A stretch of 64,000 nt of DNA from Candidatus Omnitrophota bacterium (GCA_023140385.1 JAGLLT010000039.1:34381-98380), one strand, 5' to 3'; shown: positions 1 to 9,158, counted from the stretch's first letter. A program made the numbers and translations. The notes: a model not told the origin generated them from the letters alone.

Positions 1-1146
1 TTAATATTAACTGAAGCTGTTAAAACTAGAGCCAGCGATGTGCATATTGAACCTTTAGAGAAACAATTTAGAGTGAGGTATAGAATAGACGGGCTATTGC
101 ATGAAGTGCCGGGGCCGCCGAAGCATTTGCAGGGTTCGGTGATAAGCAGGTTGAAGCTTATGGCGGGCATTGATATCGCTGAAAAGCGCCTGCCCCAGGA
201 CGGGCGTATCAAAGTTAAGCTTTTAAATAAAGATTTAGATTTACGGGTTTCTACGCTCCCCGGCATATATGGTGAAAGTGTGGTTATGAGAATCCTGGAT
301 AAATCAAGCCTCTTAATAGGCTTGGAAGAACTCGGATTTTTTTCAGAGGATAGGAAGAAATTTGAGGAGTTGATTGAGATGCCGAACGGGACGCTTCTTG
401 TTACCGGCCCGACTGGCTCCGGTAAAACCACTACTCTTTACGCCGCCTTAAACTATATAAATAAACCTAATAAAAAATTAATTACCATTGAGGATCCCGT
501 AGAATATCAGATAAAGGGAATAAATCAGGTTCAGATAAAACCTCAGGTTGGCCTTACCTTTTCTGCGGGATTGCGCGCTATGTTAAGGCAGGCGCCAGAC
601 GTTATATTGGTTGGTGAAATACGTGATAAGGAAACGGCCTCCATTGCCGTGCAGGCCGCCTTAACCGGCCATTTAATTTTTTCTACTCTCCATACTAATG
701 ATGCCGCGGGAGCTGTCACCAGATTGATAGATATGGGAGTTAAGTCATATCTGGTAGCTTCTACTTTGCAGGCGGTTTTAGCTCAGCGTTTGATCAGGAT
801 GATCTGTCTGAACTGCAAAGAACCTTATCAGCCAAAACCGGAAGAGCTAAAGGCTATGAATTTAAAAGAGGAGGATATCGTTGAGGCTACTTTCTTTATG
901 GGTAAAGGCTGTGACGCGTGCGGCAATACGGGATTTAAGGGGAGGAAGGGCATTTTTGAACTGATGCTGATAAATGATATTATTCGAGAGATGATATTTG
1001 AGAGAAAGTCCAGCGCGGAGATAAAGACCAAAGCCGTTGAAATGGGCATGAAGACGTTGAGAGAGGACGGTAAGGTAAAGGCTTTAAAAGGATTGACAAC
1101 TATCTCTGAAGTAGTCAGAGTTGCCCAGATAGATGAAGTATCATAA
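1..1146 (+). CDS. Type II secretion / type IV pilus assembly ATPase, GspE/PilB family (5' end lies outside the window)
   Basis: Frame 1 is open from nt 1. Translation shows ASDVHIEP, Walker A TGPTGSGKTTT and the GHLIFSTLHTNDAAG segment, followed by a C-terminal CxxC...CxxC tetracysteine. Confidence 0.85.
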   Translation, partial: LILTEAVKTRASDVHIEPLEKQFRVRYRIDGLLHEVPGPPKHLQGSVISRLKLMAGIDIAEKRLPQDGRIKVKLLNKDLDLRVSTLPGIYGESVVMRILDKSSLLIGLEELGFFSEDRKKFEELIEMPNGTLLVTGPTGSGKTTTLYAALNYINKPNKKLITIEDPVEYQIKGINQVQIKPQVGLTFSAGLRAMLRQAPDVILVGEIRDKETASIAVQAALTGHLIFSTLHTNDAAGAVTRLIDMGVKSYLVASTLQAVLAQRLIRMICLNCKEPYQPKPEELKAMNLKEEDIVEATFFMGKGCDACGNTGFKGRKGIFELMLINDIIREMIFERKSSAEIKTKAVEMGMKTLREDGKVKALKGLTTISEVVRVAQIDEVS

Positions 1147-1163
1147 ATCAATGAGGGGTATCT

Positions 1164-2234
1164 ATGATTAATATAAACAAACTACTAATGGAATGTATAG
1201 ATAAGGGCGGGTCTGATCTGCATCTGACTGTGGGCAAGCCTCCCATACTCAGGCTGGACGGCCGCCTTGTGTCTCTGGATTTTCCTGAATTGAAACCGGA
1301 TGATGTAGAAAGCATGATGACTCAGATTACTGATGAAGAAAAAAGGCGCAAAGTTAGTGAGGTAGGCGGCTGTGACTTTGGTTTTGGTTTTGGCAAGAAC
1401 AGGTTTAGGGCATCAGTCTACCGCGGGAGAGGGGTAATAGGGATATCACTCCGGCTTATTCCCTCCGAACTACTTACTTTTAGTGAATTAGGATTGTCGG
1501 ACAAAGTAAGGGATCTGCTTTTTAGAACGAGGGGCCTGATTTTAGTTACCGGCCCGACCGGTTCAGGCAAAAGCACGACGCTGGCAACAATGATAAATTA
1601 CATAAATACAAATATTGACTGTCACATAATAACCATTGAAGATCCCATTGAATATTACCATCAGCATAAAAAGAGCATTATAACTCAAAGAGAGGTGGGT
1701 ATGGATGTGCCGTCATTCTCAGAGGCGATAATCAGGGGGTTGAGAAGCGACCCCGATGTTATCCTGGTAGGAGAGATGCGCGATCTGCCGACAATACAGG
1801 CAGCCCTTCTCGCGGCGGAAACAGGCCATCTGGTTTTTGCTACTCTCCATACTGTTAATGCCGCCCAGACGGTTGACAGGGTGGTAAACTCTTTTGCTAT
1901 TCATCAACAGGAGCAGGTGAGAGCACAACTTTCAGCCTGTATTCTGGCGGTCTTATCGCAAAAACTTTTACTGAGGAAGTCCAAAAAAGGGCGCGTTGCC
2001 TGTTTTGAAGTTATGGTGTCTACTTCTTCCGTACAGAGTCTAATACGGGAAAAAAAGACCTTTAGGATACCTTCTGAACTTCAAACGGGCTCAAAGTACG
2101 GCATGAAGCCTTTTGACTTTTCTCTTATTGAACTTTATCAAAATGGTATAATATCCAAAGATACGGCTTATAAAAACGCTTTTGACAAGGAGCAGTTTGA
2201 CACTATGTTTAAAGAGAGAGTGAATAGAAAATAA
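1164..2234 (+). CDS. pilT: Twitching-motility (retraction) ATPase PilT
   Basis: 356 aa with Walker A LVTGPTGSGKSTTLA and the PilT-type motifs GHLVFATLHT and AIHQQEQVRAQLS. The size matches PilT. A GAGGGG RBS lies upstream. Confidence 0.8.
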   Translation: MININKLLMECIDKGGSDLHLTVGKPPILRLDGRLVSLDFPELKPDDVESMMTQITDEEKRRKVSEVGGCDFGFGFGKNRFRASVYRGRGVIGISLRLIPSELLTFSELGLSDKVRDLLFRTRGLILVTGPTGSGKSTTLATMINYINTNIDCHIITIEDPIEYYHQHKKSIITQREVGMDVPSFSEAIIRGLRSDPDVILVGEMRDLPTIQAALLAAETGHLVFATLHTVNAAQTVDRVVNSFAIHQQEQVRAQLSACILAVLSQKLLLRKSKKGRVACFEVMVSTSSVQSLIREKKTFRIPSELQTGSKYGMKPFDFSLIELYQNGIISKDTAYKNAFDKEQFDTMFKERVNRK

Positions 2235-3958
2235 TGGCCGGAAAGCAGTTTAGAAGAAAACCGCTGGGCGAGATACTGTTAGACCAGGGTATTATATCCC
2301 AAAAGCACCTGGATGAGGCTCTGGATGAGCAAAAGAAGTCAGGAAAACTTTTAGGAAGGGTCCTTGTTGATTTAGGTTTTGTCAAAGAAAAAAGAATCTT
2401 AGAGGCCCTGGGTCTCCAGATAGGCATGAGAGTTACCGATCTGGAAAAGATGAAAATACCTGAAGAGATTATACAAGAAATTCCCGCTTCTTTGGCCCAG
2501 GTTTATAACGTTATTCCCGTGAAGCGGGAAGGGAATGTGTTGACGGTAGCTATCTCCGATCCGTTAAATATTAATGTCCTTGATGATTTGAGATTTGTAT
2601 TGAACTGTGAAGTGCAGGGAGCCATTGCCAGTGAAGATGTGATTAATGAAGCCATAGAAAAGTACTATGGGGGAAGCAAAAGCGATGAATCCTTAAGCGG
2701 CTTGGTTCGGGAGATAGAGGAAAACACCCCCGCGGTAATAACGTCAGAGGTAACGGAAACTCTGGATATAGCGGGCCTGAAGGAGCTGGCCTCTCAGGCG
2801 CCGGTGGTTAAGCTGGTTAATCTGGTTTTGCTGCAGGCGGTGAAGGATCAGGCCAGCGATATTCACTTTGAGCCTTTTGAAGATGAATTTAAGGTGAGAT
2901 ACAGGGTTGACGGAGTTTTATATGAGATAACCCATCCGCCGAAAAATTTGAGCCTGGCTATTACATCCAGAATTAAAGTAATGGCTAGTTTAGATGTAGC
3001 CGAGTCGAGGATGCCTCAGGATGGGCGCATTATGATGAGGGTTATGGGCAGAAGCATTGACTTGCGGGTTTCTACTTTGCCGACAATTTTCGGTGAGAGC
3101 GTAGTTATGAGAGTTTTAGACAGGAGTGTGGTAAGCTTGTCTCTGGATGAGATAGGATTGATGCCGGATCAAAAAGAAAAAATTATCACCCTAATACATA
3201 AACCCAACGGCATCATTTTATCTACGGGGCCTACCGGCTCCGGCAAAACAACTACCCTCTATTCGTGCCTGAGAAGCGTAAATAAAATAGAATTTAAAAT
3301 TATTACTACCGAAGATCCGGTAGAATATGATATCGCCGGCATTATACAGGTAAGCATTAAGCCCAAGATTAACTTGACATTTGCCACCTGCCTGAGACAT
3401 ATATTAAGGCAGGATCCGGATGTTATTATGGTAGGTGAAATTAGGGATAAGGAGACGGCCCAAATCAGTATTCAGGCCTCTTTGACGGGGCATCTGGTTT
3501 TTAGCACACTTCACACGAATGATGCCCCGAGTTCGGTGGCAAGGCTGATAGATATGGGCATTGAACCTTTTTTAATAACCTCCACCGTAGAGGCAATTAT
3601 TGCTCAGAGGTTAATACGAGTTCTTTGTCCCAAATGCAAAGAGCTTTATGTTCCTTCTGAATATGAGCTTTCTCAAATTGGCCTGGATCCGGGGAGGGTT
3701 GGAAGTAAGAAATTTTACCGGGCAAAAGGTTGCCGCGAGTGCAATAATATCGGATACAAAGGCCGCAGCGGGATATATGAGATACTGCTAATGAATGATA
3801 AAATAAGAGCCTTGATTATGGAAAAGTCACATAGCGCTCTTCTACGCAGAGCCGCGATAGAAGCCGGTATGCGCACATTAAGGGAAGACGGCCTGCTGAA
3901 AGTTTACGAGGGGTTGAGCAGCATTGAGGAGGTAGTCCGTGAAACCCAGGGTTATTAA
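2234..3958 (+). CDS. pilB: Full-length assembly ATPase PilB/GspE with N-terminal GspE_N (T2SSE_N) domain
   Basis: 574 aa. An N-terminal ~140-aa GspE_N-like domain is followed by SDIHFEP, Walker A STGPTGSGKTTT and GHLVFSTLHTND, then a C-terminal Cys4 zinc site. Confidence 0.85.
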   Translation: MAGKQFRRKPLGEILLDQGIISQKHLDEALDEQKKSGKLLGRVLVDLGFVKEKRILEALGLQIGMRVTDLEKMKIPEEIIQEIPASLAQVYNVIPVKREGNVLTVAISDPLNINVLDDLRFVLNCEVQGAIASEDVINEAIEKYYGGSKSDESLSGLVREIEENTPAVITSEVTETLDIAGLKELASQAPVVKLVNLVLLQAVKDQASDIHFEPFEDEFKVRYRVDGVLYEITHPPKNLSLAITSRIKVMASLDVAESRMPQDGRIMMRVMGRSIDLRVSTLPTIFGESVVMRVLDRSVVSLSLDEIGLMPDQKEKIITLIHKPNGIILSTGPTGSGKTTTLYSCLRSVNKIEFKIITTEDPVEYDIAGIIQVSIKPKINLTFATCLRHILRQDPDVIMVGEIRDKETAQISIQASLTGHLVFSTLHTNDAPSSVARLIDMGIEPFLITSTVEAIIAQRLIRVLCPKCKELYVPSEYELSQIGLDPGRVGSKKFYRAKGCRECNNIGYKGRSGIYEILLMNDKIRALIMEKSHSALLRRAAIEAGMRTLREDGLLKVYEGLSSIEEVVRETQGY

Positions 3959-3974
3959 AGAAAGGGTATAAAAT

Positions 3975-4135
3975 AACCAAGATATACCCAATGGGCACAA
4001 GCAAGAAACAATAACCAAATAATAACCAATGACCAAATTCGAATAACCAAACCAAGGCAGGAGCGAATGTTTGATGATTGGTTATTGAATATTGGTAATT
4101 GTTTGTATCTTGTATCTTGGTTATTGGTGATTTAA
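3975..4135. repeat. Intergenic array of ATAACCAA direct repeats (at least 5 copies) followed by inverted TTGGTTAT/GTATCTTGG copies, forming an imperfect long palindrome between pilB and pilC
   Basis: Read directly from the sequence. The left arm contains aataaccaa, ataaccaa and ccaagatatac. The right arm contains ttggttatt (x2) and gtatcttg (x2). Confidence 0.5.
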
Positions 4136-4185
4136 ACTTAAATATTTTCGACAATACAGGTGGAAAGACTAAGGAGGAGTAAACA

Positions 4186-5481
4186 TTGTCTAAGTTTGAG
4201 TATAAGGCTATAAATTCGAATGGGAAAGAGATATCCGGTTTTGTAGATGCCGTTAATACGCAGGAAGCTATCGGACGCATTAAGGATAAAGGGTATTATC
4301 CCATTCAACTTACTGAAACTGAGGATAAGTTCGTGTCTGAACCGGTGTCCACTTCCGGGGGGCATGTAAAAGCGCCTGTCAAAAAGGGCGGAGTGAGCAA
4401 AGAAATCGTAATTCCTTTTTTAGGTATAGGTGTTGTTAAGAGTCAGGATGTAGCCCTTTTTACCCGCCAGCTGGCCACGCTTATCGATGCCGGCTTGCCC
4501 CTGGTGAGAAGCCTGAATGTTTTGCATGACCAGTTGAAACTGGGGCCTTTAAAAGATGTCATAGAAAGCCTTTCCAAAGAAGTTTCGGCTGGAGGAACTT
4601 TAAGTGAAGCTTTGGCCAAGTATCCGAAAATTTTTAACTCCTTGTATATTAATATGATAAAGGCGGGTGAAGCCGGCGGCGTACTGGAGATAGTTCTGGA
4701 ACGGTTGGCGGAATTCAACGAAAAAAGTTTGGCCCTCATCGGAAAGGTTAAAGCGGCTATGGCCTACCCTGTTCTGGTGGTAGTTTTTTCTTCGGCTGTA
4801 CTTTTATTTTTAACTCTTTTCCTTATACCTAAATTTATGGATATTTTTGCTTCTATGGACATAGAAGAAATGCCGGTGCCGACAATGCTTATAATGAATT
4901 TTTCAAGGATGTTTAAAAATCCATTGTGTTTAGGTTTAGGCTTGGGGTTGGTGGCTGCTTTAATAATTTTATATAAAACCTTTTCAAAGATGAAAGGCTT
5001 TAAATTATTTATTGCTAAAATAAAACTGCGTGTGCCGGTGGCAGGGGAGTTGACGAGGAAGATTGAAGTTGCTATGTTCTCACGGACACTCGGCACCCTG
5101 ATATCAAGCGGGGTTCCTATTTTACAGGCCTTGAGAATTACCAGGGGCACAATGAGTAATGAACTTATATCCCAGGCTTTAGGCCGTGTGCACGATAGTA
5201 TCAGAGAGGGTGAATCTATTGCCGCCCCTCTTAAAGCAAGCGGAGCTTTTCCTCTTATGGTTGTCAATATGATTGATGTCGGGGAAGAAACAGGTTCCCT
5301 TGATAATATGTTGATCAAGGTGGCGGATATATATGATGGCGAAGTGGATACTACCATAAGCGCGCTTACCTCGATAATTGAGCCTTTTTTAATTATCAGC
5401 ATGGGCCTTATTGTCGGCTTTATCGTTATCGCGATGTTTTTGCCCTTAATTCAGTTGATGTCAAGTATTGGCGTGAATTAA
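4186..5481 (+). CDS. pilC: Type IV pilus / T2SS inner-membrane platform protein PilC/GspF
   Basis: TTG start with an AGGAGG RBS. The N-terminus MSKFEYKAINSNGKEISG is typical of PilC. The protein has two GspF repeats and three transmembrane (TM) segments. Confidence 0.85.
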   Translation: MSKFEYKAINSNGKEISGFVDAVNTQEAIGRIKDKGYYPIQLTETEDKFVSEPVSTSGGHVKAPVKKGGVSKEIVIPFLGIGVVKSQDVALFTRQLATLIDAGLPLVRSLNVLHDQLKLGPLKDVIESLSKEVSAGGTLSEALAKYPKIFNSLYINMIKAGEAGGVLEIVLERLAEFNEKSLALIGKVKAAMAYPVLVVVFSSAVLLFLTLFLIPKFMDIFASMDIEEMPVPTMLIMNFSRMFKNPLCLGLGLGLVAALIILYKTFSKMKGFKLFIAKIKLRVPVAGELTRKIEVAMFSRTLGTLISSGVPILQALRITRGTMSNELISQALGRVHDSIREGESIAAPLKASGAFPLMVVNMIDVGEETGSLDNMLIKVADIYDGEVDTTISALTSIIEPFLIISMGLIVGFIVIAMFLPLIQLMSSIGVN

Positions 5482-5512
5482 AGAAGAGGTTAATCGATGA
5501 TTATTGGCGTTG

Positions 5513-5541
5513 TTGAGTTAAGCCGGGAAATATGGTATAAT
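5513..5541 (+). promoter_or_regulatory. Candidate sigma70 promoter for the pseudopilin operon (TTGAGT-17-TATAAT)
   Basis: Read from the sequence: ttgagt taagccgggaaatatgg tataat. Confidence 0.4.
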
Positions 5542-5561
5542 TGTTTTGAGAGGATACTGGT

Positions 5562-5984
5562 GTGAAAAAGAGCGGATTTACTCTTATAGAGATGATGGTT
5601 GTGCTGATTATTATGGGCATTTTGGCGGGCTTGGTGACCAGTGCCACTATCAAAACTTTGCAGGACGCGAAGAAGAGCGAAGCGGAGGTAGTTATTTCAG
5701 CGGTTGCCTCAGCCTTAGCCAGATATGAGTCTGACATTGGCGATTATCCACCGGGGAACGGTTCAGGTAACGCTTTTTGGTACTACCTGCAGGATGATAG
5801 GAGCCTTGATGTTTCCTCGGCATGGAACGGGCCCTATATGACCTTTGATAATGATGATATATCAGGTAACGCGGTAAAAGACCCTTGGGGCAATGCTTAT
5901 AACTATAAGAACTACCCAGGGGTTCATAATCCCGCCTTTGTTGATATAGAGGATGGTTCCGGAGAAGATGTTAATAACTGGTGA
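5562..5984 (+). CDS. GspG-like major pseudopilin, paralog 1 (prepilin class III signal)
   Basis: KKSG|FTLIEMMVVLIIMGIL prepilin cleavage/methylation motif. GspG-like core with YESDIGDYPP...WNGPYM...DPWGNAYNY. Confidence 0.75.
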   Translation: MKKSGFTLIEMMVVLIIMGILAGLVTSATIKTLQDAKKSEAEVVISAVASALARYESDIGDYPPGNGSGNAFWYYLQDDRSLDVSSAWNGPYMTFDNDDISGNAVKDPWGNAYNYKNYPGVHNPAFVDIEDGSGEDVNNW

Positions 5985-6442
5985 GAAAGATGAAAAATAA
6001 AGGTTTTACCCTAATTGAGATGATAGTGGTTATGACTATTATCGGCATCCTGGCCGCTTTAATTTCGGCGGCGACCTTTAGGGCTATAGAGGATGCTAAA
6101 GAAAGTAAAGCGGCGGCGGCTATTTCCGCCGTAGAAGCGGCTCTGGCAATGTATGAATCTGACGTAGCAGGTTATCCTCTGCAAGCCGCCGGCGATAATG
6201 CCTTTAAATCCCATCTCCAGAATGATGATGGCGCGGTTGGCTGGAACGGCCCATATATGAACTTTATAGATGAAGACCTGGACAAGCCTGCCGCGATAGG
6301 AGGAACCAAGTATATGGATCCCTGGGGCAATGCCTACCAGTATAAATGTCCGGGTAATAATGGTGTTTATGATATCTGGTCTTGCGGTAATGACGGAGTT
6401 GATGATAGTGGCGGCGGAGATGATATTAATGCCTGGGATTAA
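5981..6442 (+). CDS. GspG-like major pseudopilin, paralog 2
   Basis: KG|FTLIEM N-terminus and the same GspG-like core. It ends ...GNDGVDDSGGGDDINAWD. Translation may begin at GTG 5981 or at ATG 5990. Confidence 0.75.
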   Translation: MRKMKNKGFTLIEMIVVMTIIGILAALISAATFRAIEDAKESKAAAAISAVEAALAMYESDVAGYPLQAAGDNAFKSHLQNDDGAVGWNGPYMNFIDEDLDKPAAIGGTKYMDPWGNAYQYKCPGNNGVYDIWSCGNDGVDDSGGGDDINAWD

Positions 6443-6471
6443 GGTTGTACTATTAAGATAAATGGTGGTTT

Positions 6472-6942
6472 ATGGTGAAAAAAGTCAGGATTAAAAGAAA
6501 TAAGCGCTTAAAAGGCTTTACACTTATAGAGATGATGTTTGTGATTGTTATTATCGGCATCCTGGCCAGTTTGATGACTACCGGAGCCTTCAGGGCTATC
6601 AGGGAGGCGAGAGAAGAGAAGGCCAAAGTTGCCATCTCGGCCATAGAGGCCGCCCTTGAGATGTACAAACTTGATGTGGGCTCTTATCCGGCGGGAGACG
6701 GCTCAGGCAACAGCTTTAAATCCCACCTGCAAAATGATGATGGCGCGGTTGGTTGGAGCGGGCCCTATATGAGTTTCAACTCCACAAACAACAGTATAAA
6801 TGATCCTTGGGATAATGCCTACCGGTATAAATGCCCGGGCACTAGTCACGGTAGTACTGAAAATCCCCTTGATATCTGGTCATGCGGCAATGATGAAGTT
6901 GATAACAGCGGCGGCGGGGATGACCTTAACACATGGGATTAA
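6472..6942 (+). CDS. GspG-like major pseudopilin, paralog 3 (long basic leader)
   Basis: Leader MVKKVRIKRNKRLKG|FTLIEMM. Its C-terminus is nearly identical to that of paralog 2. The upstream leader block is duplicated before 6972. Confidence 0.75.
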   Translation: MVKKVRIKRNKRLKGFTLIEMMFVIVIIGILASLMTTGAFRAIREAREEKAKVAISAIEAALEMYKLDVGSYPAGDGSGNSFKSHLQNDDGAVGWSGPYMSFNSTNNSINDPWDNAYRYKCPGTSHGSTENPLDIWSCGNDEVDNSGGGDDLNTWD

Positions 6943-6971
6943 GGCTGGACTGTTAAGATAAATGGTGGTTT

Positions 6972-7523
6972 ATGATGAGAAAAGTCAGGATTAAAAGAAA
7001 TAAATTCTTAAAAGGTTTTACCCTGATGGAAATGATGGTGGTAATTGCCATAATGTTTATTGTAGTTGCCGTAGCAATGCCCAACTTCTGGGGCGGCCGC
7101 GGTAGTAAGGAGCACAAAGGAGCCGCCAGAAGAATTGCCTCAACCTTGCAAGTTGCTAAAGGTTGTGCCGAGGCTCAGAATGTTGTTCATCACTTCCTCG
7201 CCTGGATAAACTCAGGCAACACTATCAGTATGGATATATATAAGACTACCTATGCAACCTTTCCACCCGCGAACAAGGTGGGTAAAAGCGAAAAAATGAC
7301 CCTGTCAGCCCCCTTTAATATATCAACTACCTTAGATGTTCCCAGTGATGGTAGTACCTGGGGCGCGTACTATATTAAATTCAATCCTGAGGGAAGCGCC
7401 GATGACGGTGACGCCGCCATCGGAGATGAGACCATCACTATCTGGAATACAGCTACCGGAAAGTCTATTGATATTACCATTTCAGAGGATACGGGCTGTA
7501 TCTCTATCGGAGATCTTTATTAG
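6972..7523 (+). CDS. Minor pseudopilin, GspH/FimT-like
   Basis: Leader MMRKVRIKRNKFLKG|FTLMEMM (a duplicated leader) followed by a hydrophobic helix and a 183-aa body. Confidence 0.6.
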   Translation: MMRKVRIKRNKFLKGFTLMEMMVVIAIMFIVVAVAMPNFWGGRGSKEHKGAARRIASTLQVAKGCAEAQNVVHHFLAWINSGNTISMDIYKTTYATFPPANKVGKSEKMTLSAPFNISTTLDVPSDGSTWGAYYIKFNPEGSADDGDAAIGDETITIWNTATGKSIDITISEDTGCISIGDLY

Positions 7524-7597
7524 AAGGAAAGGTTCTCTTGTATTTCTTTCCCTGAAATTTCAGCAAAATGATACAGTTATACAGCAAAATATTTTGC

Positions 7598-7627
7598 TTG
7601 ACAGTTATCCTTTTCTATTGTTAAAAT
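7598..7627 (+). promoter_or_regulatory. Candidate sigma70 promoter (TTGACA-17-TAAAAT) overlapped by the 14-bp perfect palindrome GCAAAATATTTTGC
   Basis: Read from the sequence just upstream of the PEP-CTERM gene. Confidence 0.45.
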
Positions 7628-7729
7628 AAACAAACGGGCTTTATATCTTATTTTTAACTTTCTATCTATCTTGCATGTTTGTTTAAAAGGGATTTTTCCG
7701 GCAAGATAACAAAGGCGGAAAGGAGTATT

Positions 7730-8485
7730 ATGAGAAGGTTTGTTCTTGCAATTTTATTATTATTTGTAGCTTTAAGCGTTTGTTCATTATCAAACGCCCA
7801 ACAGATTGCCCCCCGCAAATGGTCTCAACTGCCCGATATGGAGTGGGGTTTTGATGTATATTCAACAATTATGCCGTACGGTTACAGTAGTAATGTCGCT
7901 GATGACTGGCTCTGCACCAACGGACTGCCTATTACCGATATCCACTGGTGGGGTTCATACGGTGATTGGTCTATGGACGCGCGTCCGGAAAATACTATAA
8001 CCGGTTTTCAGATAGATATATTTGGCTATTATGCGCCGTACCCATTTTATATTCCTCACGCGAGATATAATCTTACTATAGAAGAAGTGAATGAGACCTA
8101 CTGCGGCTTACAGGAATATACAGGACACAGCGCATTTGAGTACTCTATTATACTTGATGAACCCTTTAATCAGGAAGAAGGAAGTACCTACTGGCTGATG
8201 ATAGCGGCTTATTTAGAAGATGGGACTTCTTATGAGTGGGGCTGGAAAACAACTGATCCTGATTCAAGGTATGGTTGCGGCGCGGTTAAATACACAGGAG
8301 ATAGTTGGGAGTGGATTCCAATTGAATACAGCGATTACGTAGATCCAAGTCATCCCTATTATGATTACGGCCCGGTTAATATGGCCTTTGAGCTGACTAC
8401 TATCCCTGAACCGGCCGCGATAATTATGCTGGGAAGTTTGGCTACCGGATTGTTCGGCATAGCAGGCATAAAAAGAAAAAGGTAA
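7730..8485 (+). CDS. Secreted Trp/Tyr-rich protein with a C-terminal PEP-CTERM sorting signal
   Basis: AGGAG RBS. N-terminal signal peptide MRRFVLAILLLFVALSVCSLSNA. The C-terminus IPEPAAIIMLGSLATGLFGIAGIKRKR* has PEP, a hydrophobic TM segment and a basic tail. Confidence 0.7.
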   Translation: MRRFVLAILLLFVALSVCSLSNAQQIAPRKWSQLPDMEWGFDVYSTIMPYGYSSNVADDWLCTNGLPITDIHWWGSYGDWSMDARPENTITGFQIDIFGYYAPYPFYIPHARYNLTIEEVNETYCGLQEYTGHSAFEYSIILDEPFNQEEGSTYWLMIAAYLEDGTSYEWGWKTTDPDSRYGCGAVKYTGDSWEWIPIEYSDYVDPSHPYYDYGPVNMAFELTTIPEPAAIIMLGSLATGLFGIAGIKRKR

Positions 8486-8566
8486 AAAAGGTTACACCTA
8501 TTTAATTCCTGACTCTAACTATAATAGCAGTCTATAAAATAGGTGTGGCCTTTTTTTCAGATAAAG

Positions 8567-9049
8567 ATGATTGATAAAGGTAAGTTAACGGGATTTACCC
8601 TGATTGAGCTTTTAGTTGTTTTGCTTATTGCCGGCGTAGTAACGGCAATAGCTGTTCCTTACTGTTGGGGCGGGTATTCAAGCGCGGAGGTTAAAGCAAG
8701 CAGTAGAACCATTGCTTCGACTTTACGGCGGGCGAAGATTAACGCCGAGGCTCAGGGTAAGCGGTACCGTGTAGACTTTACCCCTTCAGGCAGCTGTCTT
8801 GATATGGATATCTATACAGATTTAAGCAGTTCGACGCCTACCAAGGTAGGTAAAACAGAAAAAATAAAGCTAAGTTCCGCGTTTGTAATTACCACTACCT
8901 TTACTAATTCCAAAGCCCTCTTTACCCCTCACAGCACTTCCAACGGAGGCACCGTTAAAATAAAAAATTTAAAAAATGGTAAAAGTATTAAAATAACCGT
9001 CTTGTCGATTACCGCCAGAATAAAGGTTAAGGATTACGAGGAAGATTAG
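8567..9049 (+). CDS. Minor pseudopilin, GspH/FimT-like paralog
   Basis: KLTG|FTLIELLVVLLIAG prepilin motif. It is paralogous to the 6972 protein (WGG...RTIASTL...AEAQ...MDIY). The start could be GTG 8543 or ATG 8567. Confidence 0.6.
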   Translation: MIDKGKLTGFTLIELLVVLLIAGVVTAIAVPYCWGGYSSAEVKASSRTIASTLRRAKINAEAQGKRYRVDFTPSGSCLDMDIYTDLSSSTPTKVGKTEKIKLSSAFVITTTFTNSKALFTPHSTSNGGTVKIKNLKNGKSIKITVLSITARIKVKDYEED

Positions 9050-9158
9050 TATGCCGGCTTTGGCCGCCCCCGGAGATATATTTTACCCAAAAGCACCTTT
9101 TATTTAATTTGATATAATGGCCTATTTATGGTAAGATATATATGCAGGAGGAATACAA

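Noticed and set aside
828-1151. Minus-strand ORFs of 60-212 aa scattered through the window (e.g. 828-1151, 4764-5402, 32548-33144, 35794-36375, 63090-63943)
   Set aside because: Each lies entirely inside a well-supported + strand gene with clear family motifs. Their translations are low-complexity with no motifs. They are antisense shadow ORFs.
7336-8000. ORFs 7336-7629 and 7806-8000 in alternative + frames
   Set aside because: They overlap the GspH-like gene and the PEP-CTERM gene out of frame. They have no RBS and no motifs.
7730-8485. Calling the 7730 protein GspK (the missing tip pseudopilin)
   Set aside because: It has a cleavable Sec signal peptide and no prepilin G|FTLxE N-terminus. 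Its C-terminus is a PEP-CTERM anchor.
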